64,000 bases of DNA from assembly GCA_015068225.1 (NCBI GenBank), contig SVKX01000001.1, forward strand, positions 44,363 through 108,362, given 5' to 3'. Of this stretch, positions 1-9,564 are shown in pieces (positions within the stretch are counted from its first letter, which is position 1; the number at the start of each line of letters is the position of its first letter). The DNA comes from Oscillospiraceae bacterium (GTDB lineage Bacteria > Bacillota > Clostridia > Oscillospirales > Oscillospiraceae). The notes under the pieces were generated by a model, which was not told the DNA's origin, searched no databases, and worked only from the letters and a program-made list of their open reading frames with translations. The position numbers were made by a program, and so were the translations under genes.

Positions 1-13
1 GAGTTGATTACAA

Positions 14-397
14 ATGGTTCAAAAAGTAATTATGAAACTATCTGCCATATGGATACTCATTCTTGCGTTGGCGGGCTGTGCCCCGATGGAAAGAGAATAC
101 CATGCAGATCTTGTCGTCCCCTTGCAGGATCCGTCAGAACAGCTCGTTATTAAGGAATGGAGCTTTCTGCAGGGAAGCGGAGCGGAGGTATATTATCAGA
201 AGGATGGTGCTGAGCCTGTCCTGTTAGGCAAGACAACCGGCGGAGATGATGGCTTTTGCCCTTTCCAGAAGGGTTTATATGAAATCGCCCAGGATGGGGG
301 AACTCTAACAGTCAGATGGTGCTTTCATCCTTCTGACAACGACAAAACCCACTGGCGCAGTGAGACATTTGACCTGTCTTTCAGCGAAAACGGATAG
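14..397 (+). CDS. Hypothetical lipoprotein
   Basis: MKLSAIWILILALAGC lipobox-type signal peptide, so the true start is probably the ATG at 32. Followed by a bidirectional terminator. Confidence 0.7.
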   Translation: MVQKVIMKLSAIWILILALAGCAPMEREYHADLVVPLQDPSEQLVIKEWSFLQGSGAEVYYQKDGAEPVLLGKTTGGDDGFCPFQKGLYEIAQDGGTLTVRWCFHPSDNDKTHWRSETFDLSFSENG

Positions 398-428
398 GAA
401 TGATTTATAGCTAACGCAGTTTCATTGC

Positions 429-458
429 AAAGGGCGCGTCATAGGACGCGCCCTTTTT
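429..458. terminator. Bidirectional intrinsic terminator
   Basis: AAAGGGCGCGTC-ATAG-GACGCGCCCTTTTT between convergent genes. Confidence 0.8.
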
Positions 459-1509
459 ACTTTCCCTCTTTTGGGACGGCTGCCAGCTGGCTGATGGTAA
501 CGGCAAGCAGGGGGGAAAACAGCATCCCCAGAATACCCCAGAGCCGGTAGCCTGCGTATATGGCAAACAGGGTCACCAGAGGGTCAAGACCCAGCTGCCG
601 GCCCACAAGCCTTGGCTCCAGAATAGAACGCAGCACAGAACCTGCAGCGTAGATGGCCAGCAGTCCTACCGCCCGAACGGGATCATCCTGCAAGAAGCAG
701 ACCAGACTCCATGGGATCAGCACTGATCCGGTGCCCAGAATGGGAAGCGCGTCCACCAGACAGATCAGCGCCGCCCACAATGGCGCATGCTGGATCCGCA
801 GGATCAGAAAACCGATACAGAGCACCAGAAAGGTAACGCCCGTCAGTTTCAGCTGGGCAGAAAGCCATCCGGAAAGGTTTCCCCGCAGCCTGCGGAAGGC
901 GGGGCGGTACCGCTTATGCCAGCTTTCCGGAAGATGCCCGGAGATCCACTGCCGGATACGGGGGAGCTTGGCAGAGATCATAAAGGAGGCAAGGATCCAG
1001 GTACCGAACCCGAAAAAACTGTCCGGGATCCGGGTCACCACCCCGGAGGCGAGCTGCAGGGCTTTGGCGGTGGCCTGATCCACCAGAGCGGTGCCATCGG
1101 AAAAAAAGCCTTCCACGCTTCGGGTCAGGATGGGGCTGACAGCATCCGGCGTGCCGGCAGCCAGATCCAGCAAAAAGCCCTCCAGGGATTGCAATCCCTG
1201 CAAAGCAGTGCCCTCCAGATCCGGCAGGACCCATACCAGCTGTCCCAGCTGGCGCACCACAAAAGCGCACACGGTCAGCACTACCAGGGATGCTACCAGC
1301 AGGGTGATGACTATGCCTATGCCCGAGGCGAACCCCCGGGAGAGTTTCAGCCGCCTGTGGAATACCCGCACCAGAGGCTCGGCGATCATAGCCAGAAGCG
1401 CTGCCAGCAGGAAGGGGAGGGCGATGGGAAGCAGATATCGGCTTCCCAGCCAAAGTCCCACTGCCAGTGCCAGCCCCACGCCCAGTTTGTGAAAAAAAGA
1501 TTGCGTCAT
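457..1509 (-). CDS. ytvI: Sporulation integral membrane protein YtvI (AI-2E family)
   Basis: Motifs LPFLLA..IAEPLV, DALPILGTGSVLIPW and LEPRLVG.QLGLDPL. ATG at 1509 follows an AGGAG RBS. Confidence 0.85.
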   Translation of the reverse strand: MTQSFFHKLGVGLALAVGLWLGSRYLLPIALPFLLAALLAMIAEPLVRVFHRRLKLSRGFASGIGIVITLLVASLVVLTVCAFVVRQLGQLVWVLPDLEGTALQGLQSLEGFLLDLAAGTPDAVSPILTRSVEGFFSDGTALVDQATAKALQLASGVVTRIPDSFFGFGTWILASFMISAKLPRIRQWISGHLPESWHKRYRPAFRRLRGNLSGWLSAQLKLTGVTFLVLCIGFLILRIQHAPLWAALICLVDALPILGTGSVLIPWSLVCFLQDDPVRAVGLLAIYAAGSVLRSILEPRLVGRQLGLDPLVTLFAIYAGYRLWGILGMLFSPLLAVTISQLAAVPKEGK

Positions 1510-1552
1510 GGAAGACTCCTTTCCCTGTAAATGCAGATAAGGGTTGTAATTT

Positions 1553-1582
1553 TTGAAAAACATGATACAATGATGTTATAAT
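1553..1582 (+). promoter_or_regulatory. SigmaA promoter for the ACT-domain gene
   Basis: TTGAAA-18 nt-TATAAT with an extended TG. Confidence 0.55.
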
Positions 1583-1631
1583 TCCCACAAAAACATGGCA
1601 AAACACACGAAAAATACAGGGAGGGTTTTCC

Positions 1632-2072
1632 ATGGCAAAGAAACCGAAGTATTACATTGTAGAAGCATCCGCGCTGCCGGAGGTGTTTTTAAAGGTAGTA
1701 GAGGCAAAGCATCTGCTTTCCACCGGTAAGGCGGCTACTGTGAATGAAGCTACCCGCATGACCGATATCAGCCGCAGTGCTTTTTACAAGTATCGGGATG
1801 CCATTATGCCCTTTCAGAACATGATGACAGGCAGGATCATTACCTTCCAGTTCCTGCTGTATGATGAGCCGGGTGTGCTTTCTGCCATTCTCTCCTCCTT
1901 TGCGAAGCAGGGGGCAAATATCCTGACCATCAATTCCATTATCCCCACCAACGGCTGCGCTTTGGTGACCATCTCCGCAGAGACTACGGAAGTTTCCGTC
2001 TCTCTGGAGGAGCTGCTGCACCTGCTGGGCAACACCCAGGGGGTCATCAAGGCCGAGGTTCTTGCCGGCTGA
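1632..2072 (+). CDS. ACT domain-containing protein (UPF0735/PheB/ThrR-like regulator)
   Basis: LPEVFLKV...ISRSAFYKY HTH-like N-terminus plus a D.PGVLS..L....GANILTIN ACT domain. Confidence 0.85.
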   Translation: MAKKPKYYIVEASALPEVFLKVVEAKHLLSTGKAATVNEATRMTDISRSAFYKYRDAIMPFQNMMTGRIITFQFLLYDEPGVLSAILSSFAKQGANILTINSIIPTNGCALVTISAETTEVSVSLEELLHLLGNTQGVIKAEVLAG

Positions 2073-2084
2073 TGCATATATGAT

Positions 2085-2111
2085 ACCGCCCTGTTTCCCC
2101 AGGGCGGTTTT
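2085..2111 (+). terminator. Intrinsic terminator
   Basis: ACCGCCCTG-TTTCCC-CAGGGCGGT followed by TTT. Confidence 0.65.
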
Positions 2112-2158
2112 GCACAAATTGTCACCCTTTGGCGTAGAATGCAGTGGAGGTGATGGAT

Positions 2159-2884
2159 ATGCGGATCGTCCAAAAATTCGGGGGAACCTCGCTTATGGAC
2201 ACGCAGAGGATCCTAACGGCTGCCGGCAGGGCGGTACGGCTTGCCCGGCAGGCAGATCAGGTAGTGGTAGTGGTATCTGCCCAGGGACATACTACAGACC
2301 AGCTGGTTGCCCAGGCCCGGGAACTCACAGAACAGCCCTCTCCTCGGGAGATGGACGCTTACCTTTCTGCCGGGGAGCAGATGTCTGCAGGGCTTATGGC
2401 CATGGCTATTCAGTCGCTGGGCTGTGATGCAGTGAGCCTGACCGGCTGGCAGGCGGGTCTGCGGACAGACGAAACCTATGGAAACGCCCGGGTGCTGGGA
2501 CTGATGGGCAGGCGCATCGAAGAGGTGTTGGAGCAGGGAAAGATCGTGGTGGTGACAGGCTTTCAGGGGATCAATGACCGGGGAGATATTACCACATTGG
2601 GCAGAGGCGGCTCAGATACCACAGCTGTGGCGCTGGCGGCATTCCTGAAGGCAGATCTTTGCCAGATCTATACCGATGTAGACGGTGTCTATGATGCAGA
2701 TCCGCGAAAGTTCCCCGATGCGGTGAAATATGAACGCATCGGCTATGATGCCATGCTGGAACTGGCCCGGCAGGGGGCGCAGGTGCTGCATGACCGCTCG
2801 GTGGAGCTGGGAAAACAGTACAAAGTGCCCATTCAGGTGCTCTCCTCTTTCCGGCCGGGAGACGGCACATTGGTCTCAGATTGA
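2159..2884 (+). CDS. Aspartate kinase, catalytic domain only (no C-terminal ACT domains)
   Basis: [42 protein letters not shown] and GAQVLH motifs. The protein ends right after GTLV. Confidence 0.85.
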   Translation: MRIVQKFGGTSLMDTQRILTAAGRAVRLARQADQVVVVVSAQGHTTDQLVAQARELTEQPSPREMDAYLSAGEQMSAGLMAMAIQSLGCDAVSLTGWQAGLRTDETYGNARVLGLMGRRIEEVLEQGKIVVVTGFQGINDRGDITTLGRGGSDTTAVALAAFLKADLCQIYTDVDGVYDADPRKFPDAVKYERIGYDAMLELARQGAQVLHDRSVELGKQYKVPIQVLSSFRPGDGTLVSD

Positions 2885-2975
2885 GTTTTGCCATTTCCGG
2901 GGGAGGATATTCCCGTTTCCGGGCAGAGGCGGTATTTTTCCGGGCATAAGTCGGAAAATCTTTTGTAAAATACTA

Positions 2976-3004
2976 TTGACAAAAGCAAAAGGGTATGCTA
3001 AAAT
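2976..3004 (+). promoter_or_regulatory. SigmaA promoter of the infC operon
   Basis: TTGACA-17 nt-TAAAAT with an extended TG. Confidence 0.8.
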
Positions 3005-3009
3005 ACCCC

Positions 3010-3128
3010 AGTAATAAAGAAGGCTGAACATCCGCCTCACCGTAAGCAAAAGCGAAACGGTCCATATTCCACTTTCCTGTATAGGGAAATGCTGCGAATT
3101 GTGCGGATGCTTTGGCATCCGCTTTTTT
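3010..3128 (+). ncRNA. Ribosomal protein L20 leader with attenuator terminator
   Basis: Lies upstream of infC-rpmI-rplT. AGAAG...CTCACC motif and a GCGGATGC-TTTG-GCATCCGC-TTTTTT terminator at 3103-3128. Confidence 0.7.
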
Positions 3129-3151
3129 GTTGTTAATTGGAGGTGCTTATC

Positions 3152-3670
3152 ATCGCAAAGTTAGATCATCAGCTGAATGAGGAGATCCGCGACAAGGAGA
3201 TTCGTCTGATCGGTGCTGACGGTGCTCAGCTGGGTATCGTGTCTGCTGCTGAGGCCAACGCTATGGCTGAGGAGCAGGGCATGGATCTGGTAAAGATCTC
3301 TCCCAATGCTGTCCCCCCCGTCTGTAAGATCATGGACTATTCCAAGTTCTGCTTCGACCAGAAGAAGCGGGAAAAGGAAGCCAGAAAGAATCAGAAAGTG
3401 GTGGAGATCAAGGAGATCCGCATGAGCCCCAGCATTGACACCAACGACTTTAACACCAAGGTAAAGGCTGCCCAGAAATTCCTGGCAGACGGCAACCGGG
3501 TCAAGGTCAGTGTCCGTTTCCGCGGCCGTGAGATGGCCCATACCAATCTGGGTGAAAAGCTGCTGATGGATTTTGCTGACAGCTGCGCAGAGATCGCTTC
3601 CATGGAGAAGAATCCCAAGCTGGAAGGCCGGTTTATGGCCATGTTCCTGACCCCCAAAAACAGTAAATAA
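3152..3670 (+). CDS. infC: Translation initiation factor IF-3 (probable ATC start)
   Basis: NEEIR..EIRLIG, PPVCKIMDY and FRGRE motifs. GGAGG at 3139-3143 is followed by in-frame ATC codons. Confidence 0.95.
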   Translation: MAKLDHQLNEEIRDKEIRLIGADGAQLGIVSAAEANAMAEEQGMDLVKISPNAVPPVCKIMDYSKFCFDQKKREKEARKNQKVVEIKEIRMSPSIDTNDFNTKVKAAQKFLADGNRVKVSVRFRGREMAHTNLGEKLLMDFADSCAEIASMEKNPKLEGRFMAMFLTPKNSK

Positions 3671-3715
3671 GCTGCTAAGCTTACCATAACGAAAGATACG
3701 GAAGGAGAACCTACT

Positions 3716-3913
3716 ATGCCCAAGCTGAAAACCCATAGCGGTGCCAAGAAGAGATTCAACCTGACCAAGACTGGTAAGGTTAAGAGAGCTCACGCTTACA
3801 AGAGCCACATCCTCACTAAGAAGACCACCAAGCGTACCCGTCATCTGCGCGCGACTGCCTACGCCGACCAGACCAATGTCGAGGCAATCAAGAAGATGAT
3901 CCCGTACAAGTAA
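3716..3913 (+). CDS. rpmI: 50S ribosomal protein L35
   Basis: [14 protein letters not shown]. Confidence 0.97.
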   Translation: MPKLKTHSGAKKRFNLTKTGKVKRAHAYKSHILTKKTTKRTRHLRATAYADQTNVEAIKKMIPYK

Positions 3914-3935
3914 GCAAGAATAGGAGGATACAGAA

Positions 3936-4292
3936 ATGGCAAGAGTTAAAGGCGCAATGATGACGCGCAAGAGAAGAAATGCAACCCTGAAGCTGGCTAA
4001 GGGCTACTGGGGTTCCAAGTCCAAGCACTTTAAGATGGCCAAGCAGGCCGTCATGAAGTCCGGCAACTACGCATTCGCAGGCCGTAAGCAGAAGAAGCGT
4101 GATTACCGCCGCCTGTGGATCACCCGTATCAGCGCTGCTGTGGCCCCCTACGGTCTGAACTACTCCAAGTTCATGAACGGTATCAAGAAGGCCGGCATTG
4201 AGCTGAACCGCAAGAGCCTGTCTGAGATGGCTATCCAGGATACCGCTGCTTTCGCAGCCATCGTGGAGAAGGCTAAGGCTGCTCTGAACTAA
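3936..4292 (+). CDS. rplT: 50S ribosomal protein L20
   Basis: MARVK...[15 protein letters not shown] and [10 protein letters not shown]. Confidence 0.97.
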   Translation: MARVKGAMMTRKRRNATLKLAKGYWGSKSKHFKMAKQAVMKSGNYAFAGRKQKKRDYRRLWITRISAAVAPYGLNYSKFMNGIKKAGIELNRKSLSEMAIQDTAAFAAIVEKAKAALN

Positions 4293-4300
4293 GTATTTTT

Positions 4301-4330
4301 GGCTCTGCTGCATTGCAGCAGAGCCTTTTT
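4301..4330 (+). terminator. Intrinsic terminator after rplT
   Basis: GGCTCTGCTGCA-T-TGCAGCAGAGCC-TTTTT. Confidence 0.8.
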
Positions 4331-4367
4331 ATAACTGCGCAGCCAAAAACAGGAAGGAGGGGCATTT

Positions 4368-5225
4368 GTGGAACTGAAGCATACGGCAGTCCGGCAGGGA
4401 CGGCTGTCGTCATTTTTGCAGGAGGAGCTGCAGATGTCCACAGGACTAATCAACCGGCTGAAGTGGCATGGAAAGATTCTGGTGAATGGAAATCCGGAGC
4501 ATACGGATTATCAGGTGCAGCCGGCTGATGTGCTTACTGTGCTGCTGGACGAAAATGAACCGGAATATCCGGCAGAGGATGGCAGCTTGACCGTTTTGTA
4601 TGAGGATGACCATTTGCTTGCTGTGGATAAGCCGGCGGGAATGCTGATCCACCCTTCCCGCAGCTGCAATACCGGCACCCTTGCCAACCTGGTGGTGGGA
4701 TTCTATCAAAAAACCGGACAGAAATCCGCCTTTCACCCCATTACCCGGCTGGATCGGGATACCTTTGGCATTGTGCTGCTGGCAAAGAATTCTCATGCTC
4801 ATGGCCTGATGCAGCGCACCAGGCTACAAAAGATTTACCATGCCCTGACCTTTGGCGGACCAAGGCAAGACAGCGGAACCATAGACGCGCCCATCGGCAG
4901 AAAGCCTCTGCCCAGCCTTTTGCGGGAGATCTCACCGGAGGGCAAGCCCTCTTTGACCCGCTTTCAGGTGCTGGAGCGAAAGGACTACGTGTGCAAGCTG
5001 GCCCTGGAGCCGGTAACGGGCCGGACCCACCAGCTGAGAGTCCACTGTGCCCATATGGGCTTTCCCATTCTGGGAGATCCCCAGTACGGATCTGAGGAAA
5101 GCAGGGCGTTTTCCGGTATTTACAATCTGGAAAGCCAGCAGCTGCTGGCAAAAAGTGTAGAATTTATCCATCCCATTTTAGGCAGTTCTATGGCGCTGGA
5201 AAGTGCCATGGTGCTGCAGCTGTAA
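4368..5225 (+). CDS. RluA-family RNA pseudouridine synthase
   Basis: VDKPAGM, TRLDRDTFG, TGRTHQLRVH and PILGD..YG motifs. Confidence 0.9.
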   Translation: MELKHTAVRQGRLSSFLQEELQMSTGLINRLKWHGKILVNGNPEHTDYQVQPADVLTVLLDENEPEYPAEDGSLTVLYEDDHLLAVDKPAGMLIHPSRSCNTGTLANLVVGFYQKTGQKSAFHPITRLDRDTFGIVLLAKNSHAHGLMQRTRLQKIYHALTFGGPRQDSGTIDAPIGRKPLPSLLREISPEGKPSLTRFQVLERKDYVCKLALEPVTGRTHQLRVHCAHMGFPILGDPQYGSEESRAFSGIYNLESQQLLAKSVEFIHPILGSSMALESAMVLQL

Positions 5226-5240
5226 CAGCAGGAGAGCGCT

Positions 5241-6170
5241 ATGCGATATTATTTTGCCCCTATGGAGGGGCTGACGGACGGCATTTACCGCCGGCTGCAT
5301 CACCGGTATTTTGGCGGTGTCCATCGCTACTATATGCCTTTTATTTCCCCCACTGTCCATCGCAGCCTGACCAATCGGGAGGATCGGGAGCTGCCGGTGG
5401 CAGACAGCGAGGCGTTCACAGCAGTTCCCCAGCTGATGACAAAAGTCGCGGAGGATTTTCTCTGGGCGGCCCAGCAGTGCGCGGATCGGGGCTATACAGA
5501 GGTGAACTTAAATACAGGCTGCCCTTCCGGCACGGTGGTCGCCAAGAAAAAAGGGGCGGGCATGCTGGAAGACCCGGACAGTCTGGACCGGTTTCTGGAT
5601 AGCATATTCTCTGCCTCGCCCCTGCCTGTCTCCATAAAGACACGACTGGGGCTTGCTGACAGTGAGGAATTTCCTCGAATTCTGGAGGTTTTTAACCAAT
5701 ATCCCGTAGCGGAGCTGACCATCCACCCCAGAGTGCGAAAGCAGTTTTACAGCGGGGAAGTGGACATGGAAATGTTCCGTTACGCAGCGAAAAACAGCCG
5801 CAACCGGCTGTGTTACAATGGGGATATTACCGCCCGTTCTCAAATCGGTCAGCTTGAGCAGGCGTTTCCGGAGCTGGAAGCCGTGATGATCGGCCGGGGG
5901 CTGATCGCCGACCCCGGTATGCTTCTGCCGGGAGGGACGAATCTGGTAGCGCTGGAGGAATTTATGGAGGCACTGCTGGAGGCATATCTTTCTGCCTTTG
6001 GCGGCAGCCGCAATGCCATGTTCCGTATGAAGGAGCAGTGGGGCATGGTGCTTGGCCGCTTCGATTGCGGTGAAAAGCTGAAAAAACGCCTGCGGAAAAC
6101 AACGGATCTTGCCGAATACCGGCAGATCGTCAAAGAGATCTTTCAGACCCTAACCGTGGCATGCAACTGA
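5241..6170 (+). CDS. tRNA-dihydrouridine synthase family protein
   Basis: APMEG.TD, NLNTGCPS, IHPR, YNGDI and MIGRG motifs. Confidence 0.9.
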   Translation: MRYYFAPMEGLTDGIYRRLHHRYFGGVHRYYMPFISPTVHRSLTNREDRELPVADSEAFTAVPQLMTKVAEDFLWAAQQCADRGYTEVNLNTGCPSGTVVAKKKGAGMLEDPDSLDRFLDSIFSASPLPVSIKTRLGLADSEEFPRILEVFNQYPVAELTIHPRVRKQFYSGEVDMEMFRYAAKNSRNRLCYNGDITARSQIGQLEQAFPELEAVMIGRGLIADPGMLLPGGTNLVALEEFMEALLEAYLSAFGGSRNAMFRMKEQWGMVLGRFDCGEKLKKRLRKTTDLAEYRQIVKEIFQTLTVACN

Positions 6171-6227
6171 ACTTTGTGTCTGCACCGGAAAAGCCAATGC
6201 CGCATAGCATGGCTTTGAGGTGATCCT

Positions 6228-6671
6228 ATGAACAGAAATTTTGCCGCAGCCGCGGCAGAAGCGCTGGTATCCGGCGGCGGCCGGTATCCCCGGTTACGAG
6301 GACGGGTGCTTTTTATACCGGATGGAAGGGAAACCCTGATAATTGCGGATATTTCCGGCTTGCCGGAGTCTCAGTCGGGATTTTTCGCCCTGCATATCCA
6401 TGAGGGAGACAGCTGCGAGGGGGAGGGCTTTCCCAATACGGGAAACCACTATAATCCCACCCGGACAGACCATCCCCGCCATGCGGGAGATCTGCCGCCA
6501 CTGCTGTCCAACGGCGGAAATGCTTACCTTGCGGTGGCCACAGGCAGATTCTCCGTAAAGGAAGTGATCGGAAAAACTGTGGTGATCCACAGCGGCACCG
6601 ATGATTTCCGTACCCAGCCTGCCGGCGCAGCCGGAGAGAAGATCGCCTGCGGTGTGATCAAAAAACTGTAA
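6228..6671 (+). CDS. Cu/Zn superoxide dismutase family protein (no signal peptide)
   Basis: LHIHEG..C, G.HYNP..HP.HAGDLP, VVIH...DD and IACGVI motifs. Confidence 0.85.
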   Translation: MNRNFAAAAAEALVSGGGRYPRLRGRVLFIPDGRETLIIADISGLPESQSGFFALHIHEGDSCEGEGFPNTGNHYNPTRTDHPRHAGDLPPLLSNGGNAYLAVATGRFSVKEVIGKTVVIHSGTDDFRTQPAGAAGEKIACGVIKKL

Positions 6672-6673
6672 AA

Positions 6674-6705
6674 AATAAGGGCGCGGTGTAAGCCGCGCCC
6701 TTATT
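6674..6705. terminator. Bidirectional terminator
   Basis: AATAAGGGCGCGG-TGTAAG-CCGCGCCCTTATT. Confidence 0.75.
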
Positions 6706-6760
6706 GCCATTAATTTTGAAAAACCGGTGGAGGTGCCCAGTCAAAAAGCCATTCCAGGGT

Positions 6761-8272
6761 CTACTCAAGCGGCTGCCTGGAGAGATAAATGGGAGTGACT
6801 CGCTGCCACCGGGGAACTCCTGATATGCTATAGCCGGTAAAGATCAGCTGTGAATAGTCATACTGGCTGCCAACATAACCAGAGGGGGTGCGCGTGTCAG
6901 CATCCGGCGTATACTTGCGGATAATGACGTAGCCGAATCCCGTAGAAAAGATGTGCAGATTCGTTAAATTCTCCGACGGCTGGATAAGGTCTTCTGCCAG
7001 GGGCAGAGCATCACCGGTTTGATAGTTAAAGATGGGATCATTTGACCACACGGCGTTTCCACCCAGATAACCCAGAATTGCTGTCTTTGTGTTCATATCG
7101 CCAAGCTCTTCAACGGAGGTGATATTCAGCTCCGAATCCATGTAGGCCTGGAAGTATCCAGGGTAGGGGAAATCACCTTCTGTATTGGTGGAACGGCCGC
7201 GGATCCGGATGCTGTTCCCCAGGACTTCTGCGCCAAAAAGAACAGAGGTATTGTTGCCGGCAAACTGTTTTTTAGCCAGAAGCGCTCCGTCCATGGAGAT
7301 CTTTTCCACAGCAATGCTGTAGCGGAACATGATGTCGAGGCTATCGTTAACTCGGCCAAAGCAGTAGATAGCGTTACCCATTACACAGGGAAATGTGTCG
7401 CCAGGGGGGAGGTTATAGGTCCATAGAACAGCGCCGTCACTGCTGTAGCGGGCAAGGATAGGGCCGTTGTCACTATAGGTCATAAGGAAACCGCCATCAG
7501 AAAGCTCGCAGAATTTGGCGCTTGTGGCGGTCTGGGGGACCTCTGCGGTACACAGCAGGTTGCCCGAATAATCGTAGCGGTATAATGTGAGGGACGGCTT
7601 TGAAGTGGGAAACCACAGGTCATCCTCTTTGGAGTCAATCAGGAAGAATGATTTTTCCATATAGACACCCTGCTCAAATTCCAAACAGCCAATGGCACTC
7701 TGCCGGATAATGGAGGGGACGGTGCCGTAGCTTTCCACAAGATCTGCCAGCTCCACATAATTCGCAAACACCACAATGGCGGAAGGGTTTGCGCCCAGAG
7801 CGTCCGCATAGGTGGCATCCGGTTTGTTGGACAGCAAAAACAGCTCGTAGAAGTTTGTACCAAATCCGGCGGCGTGGCGGGTGGCGATCAAATGAGAAAA
7901 GGTACGGGATTCCCCGTCTGCCTGATAAGTAAAGGCCTTTTTCTCTGGATCATATTGGATCTGGATCTCGGTTTTTGTCTTGTCGGGATTTGTACGCTTA
8001 ACTCTAACAGAGAAGGCTTCTCCCTTGCGGGCCGAAATCTGAAGCTGCTGCAGCAAGGTCGTACCGGCGAAGAAGGCCGTGTCATCACTCGCCGTATAGG
8101 TACTGTCGATGATCTGTGCCGGATTGGAAGTATTTGTGGGCTGTGTAGGTTGTGCAGGAAGCGTGGTCAAAGAAGGCGCAGTGGTGCTTTTTGTGGGGTT
8201 GTCAGGATTTATGCTGCAGGCGGATAGGAACAGGGCAGCTGCCATGACACAAATAAACAGTTTCTTTCTCAT
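6761..8272 (-). CDS. Hypothetical lipoprotein with probable C-terminal beta-propeller
   Basis: LSAC lipobox, Pro/Thr linker, and recurring blade-like motifs (RYDYSGNLL, RYSSDGAVLW, KISMDGALL, GYSISGVPRW). Confidence 0.7.
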   Translation of the reverse strand: MRKKLFICVMAAALFLSACSINPDNPTKSTTAPSLTTLPAQPTQPTNTSNPAQIIDSTYTASDDTAFFAGTTLLQQLQISARKGEAFSVRVKRTNPDKTKTEIQIQYDPEKKAFTYQADGESRTFSHLIATRHAAGFGTNFYELFLLSNKPDATYADALGANPSAIVVFANYVELADLVESYGTVPSIIRQSAIGCLEFEQGVYMEKSFFLIDSKEDDLWFPTSKPSLTLYRYDYSGNLLCTAEVPQTATSAKFCELSDGGFLMTYSDNGPILARYSSDGAVLWTYNLPPGDTFPCVMGNAIYCFGRVNDSLDIMFRYSIAVEKISMDGALLAKKQFAGNNTSVLFGAEVLGNSIRIRGRSTNTEGDFPYPGYFQAYMDSELNITSVEELGDMNTKTAILGYLGGNAVWSNDPIFNYQTGDALPLAEDLIQPSENLTNLHIFSTGFGYVIIRKYTPDADTRTPSGYVGSQYDYSQLIFTGYSISGVPRWQRVTPIYLSRQPLE

Positions 8273-8505
8273 AATTCCCGAATGCCTCCTTTATTGCAAT
8301 ACCCAAAAGATCGAAATTGGATAATCTTCTTGCTAAAATTATACCACAAGATGGAAAAATGTCAATAGCGATTTGAAAAAATAATCAATAGAAGGTTTTC
8401 AAAGCAATTAGTTGATAAAAATAAGACCAGGCAGAAGAAATGCCGGGGTTTATTGACAGCTATGGTAAAATAAATACAGAAAAAGGAAAGGTCGTGGGGC
8501 AAATT

Positions 8506-9549
8506 ATGGACAAGCAATGCACCATTCGGGATGTGGCCAAGCTGGCAGGCGTATCGGTTGCCACCGCCTCAAGAGCGCTGGGAGACAGTGATTACCCGGT
8601 GAGCCCTCAGCTTCGGCAAAGGGTTCGGGAAGCGGCGCAGGCGCTGAACTATGTGCCCAATACAGTGGCAAAATCCCTGCGGCAGGCAAGCTGCCGGGAT
8701 GTTGGCGTGGTCGTTCCCAATATATCCAATCCCTTTTACCTGCAGGCCATTGTGGGTATCAATGAGGTCTTGTCGGAGGCGGGCTACAATATGATCCTGT
8801 GCAATACCATGCACCAGCTGGATCGGGAACGCAAGTGTCTGCGGCAGCTGACAGAGCGGCAGGTCAGTGGAATCATTTTGTCCTCTGTCAGCGATGATGC
8901 CCAGGGGATCACGGAGTATGCCCACAGGGGTGTCCGGTTCGTCATGCTGGACCAGAAAATCGGAGGCATCGACTGCCCCAGCATCCATTTCGATACCCGT
9001 GCCGGTGCCAAGGCGGCAACGAAGCATCTGATCGCTCAGGGACACCGGCGGATCGCCTTTGCCTCCACCCCTGTGACCCGGTGGACCAGAATGGAAATGC
9101 TGAAGGGTTACCGGGATGCGCTGGCAGCGGCGGCCATTGCCTTTGATGAATCGCTGGTATATATCTATGACAGCGACGGCCGGCAGCAGGAGCAGGAGCA
9201 GGAGCTGACCGCAGGCCGCAGTATTGCCACCAATTTGATAGAGAAGAAGATGCCTGCGACTGCCGTACTTTGCGTCAATGATATGCTGGCCATCGGCCTG
9301 ATCCAGACTATGCGGAAAAACGGCGTGCAGGTGCCGGGGGATATTTCTGTGGTGGGATTTGATGATATTCCTCTGGCGGAGGCGCTGGTTCCTGCGCTGA
9401 CCACTGTTCGCTATCCTGCCGAGGAGATCGGACGGCTGACAGCCATGGTGCTGCTGGATCCCATGATCAATACCATGACCCGGACACCGCTGACCATGAA
9501 TCTGACCCCGGAACTGGTTTGCAGGGATACGGTTCGTGATATTCGATGA
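8506..9549 (+). CDS. LacI-family transcriptional regulator
   Basis: TIRDVAKLAGVSVATASRAL HTH, plus NDMLAIG and SVVGFDDI. Confidence 0.92.
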   Translation: MDKQCTIRDVAKLAGVSVATASRALGDSDYPVSPQLRQRVREAAQALNYVPNTVAKSLRQASCRDVGVVVPNISNPFYLQAIVGINEVLSEAGYNMILCNTMHQLDRERKCLRQLTERQVSGIILSSVSDDAQGITEYAHRGVRFVMLDQKIGGIDCPSIHFDTRAGAKAATKHLIAQGHRRIAFASTPVTRWTRMEMLKGYRDALAAAAIAFDESLVYIYDSDGRQQEQEQELTAGRSIATNLIEKKMPATAVLCVNDMLAIGLIQTMRKNGVQVPGDISVVGFDDIPLAEALVPALTTVRYPAEEIGRLTAMVLLDPMINTMTRTPLTMNLTPELVCRDTVRDIR

Positions 9550-9564
9550 CAGGTTCCAGAGAAA

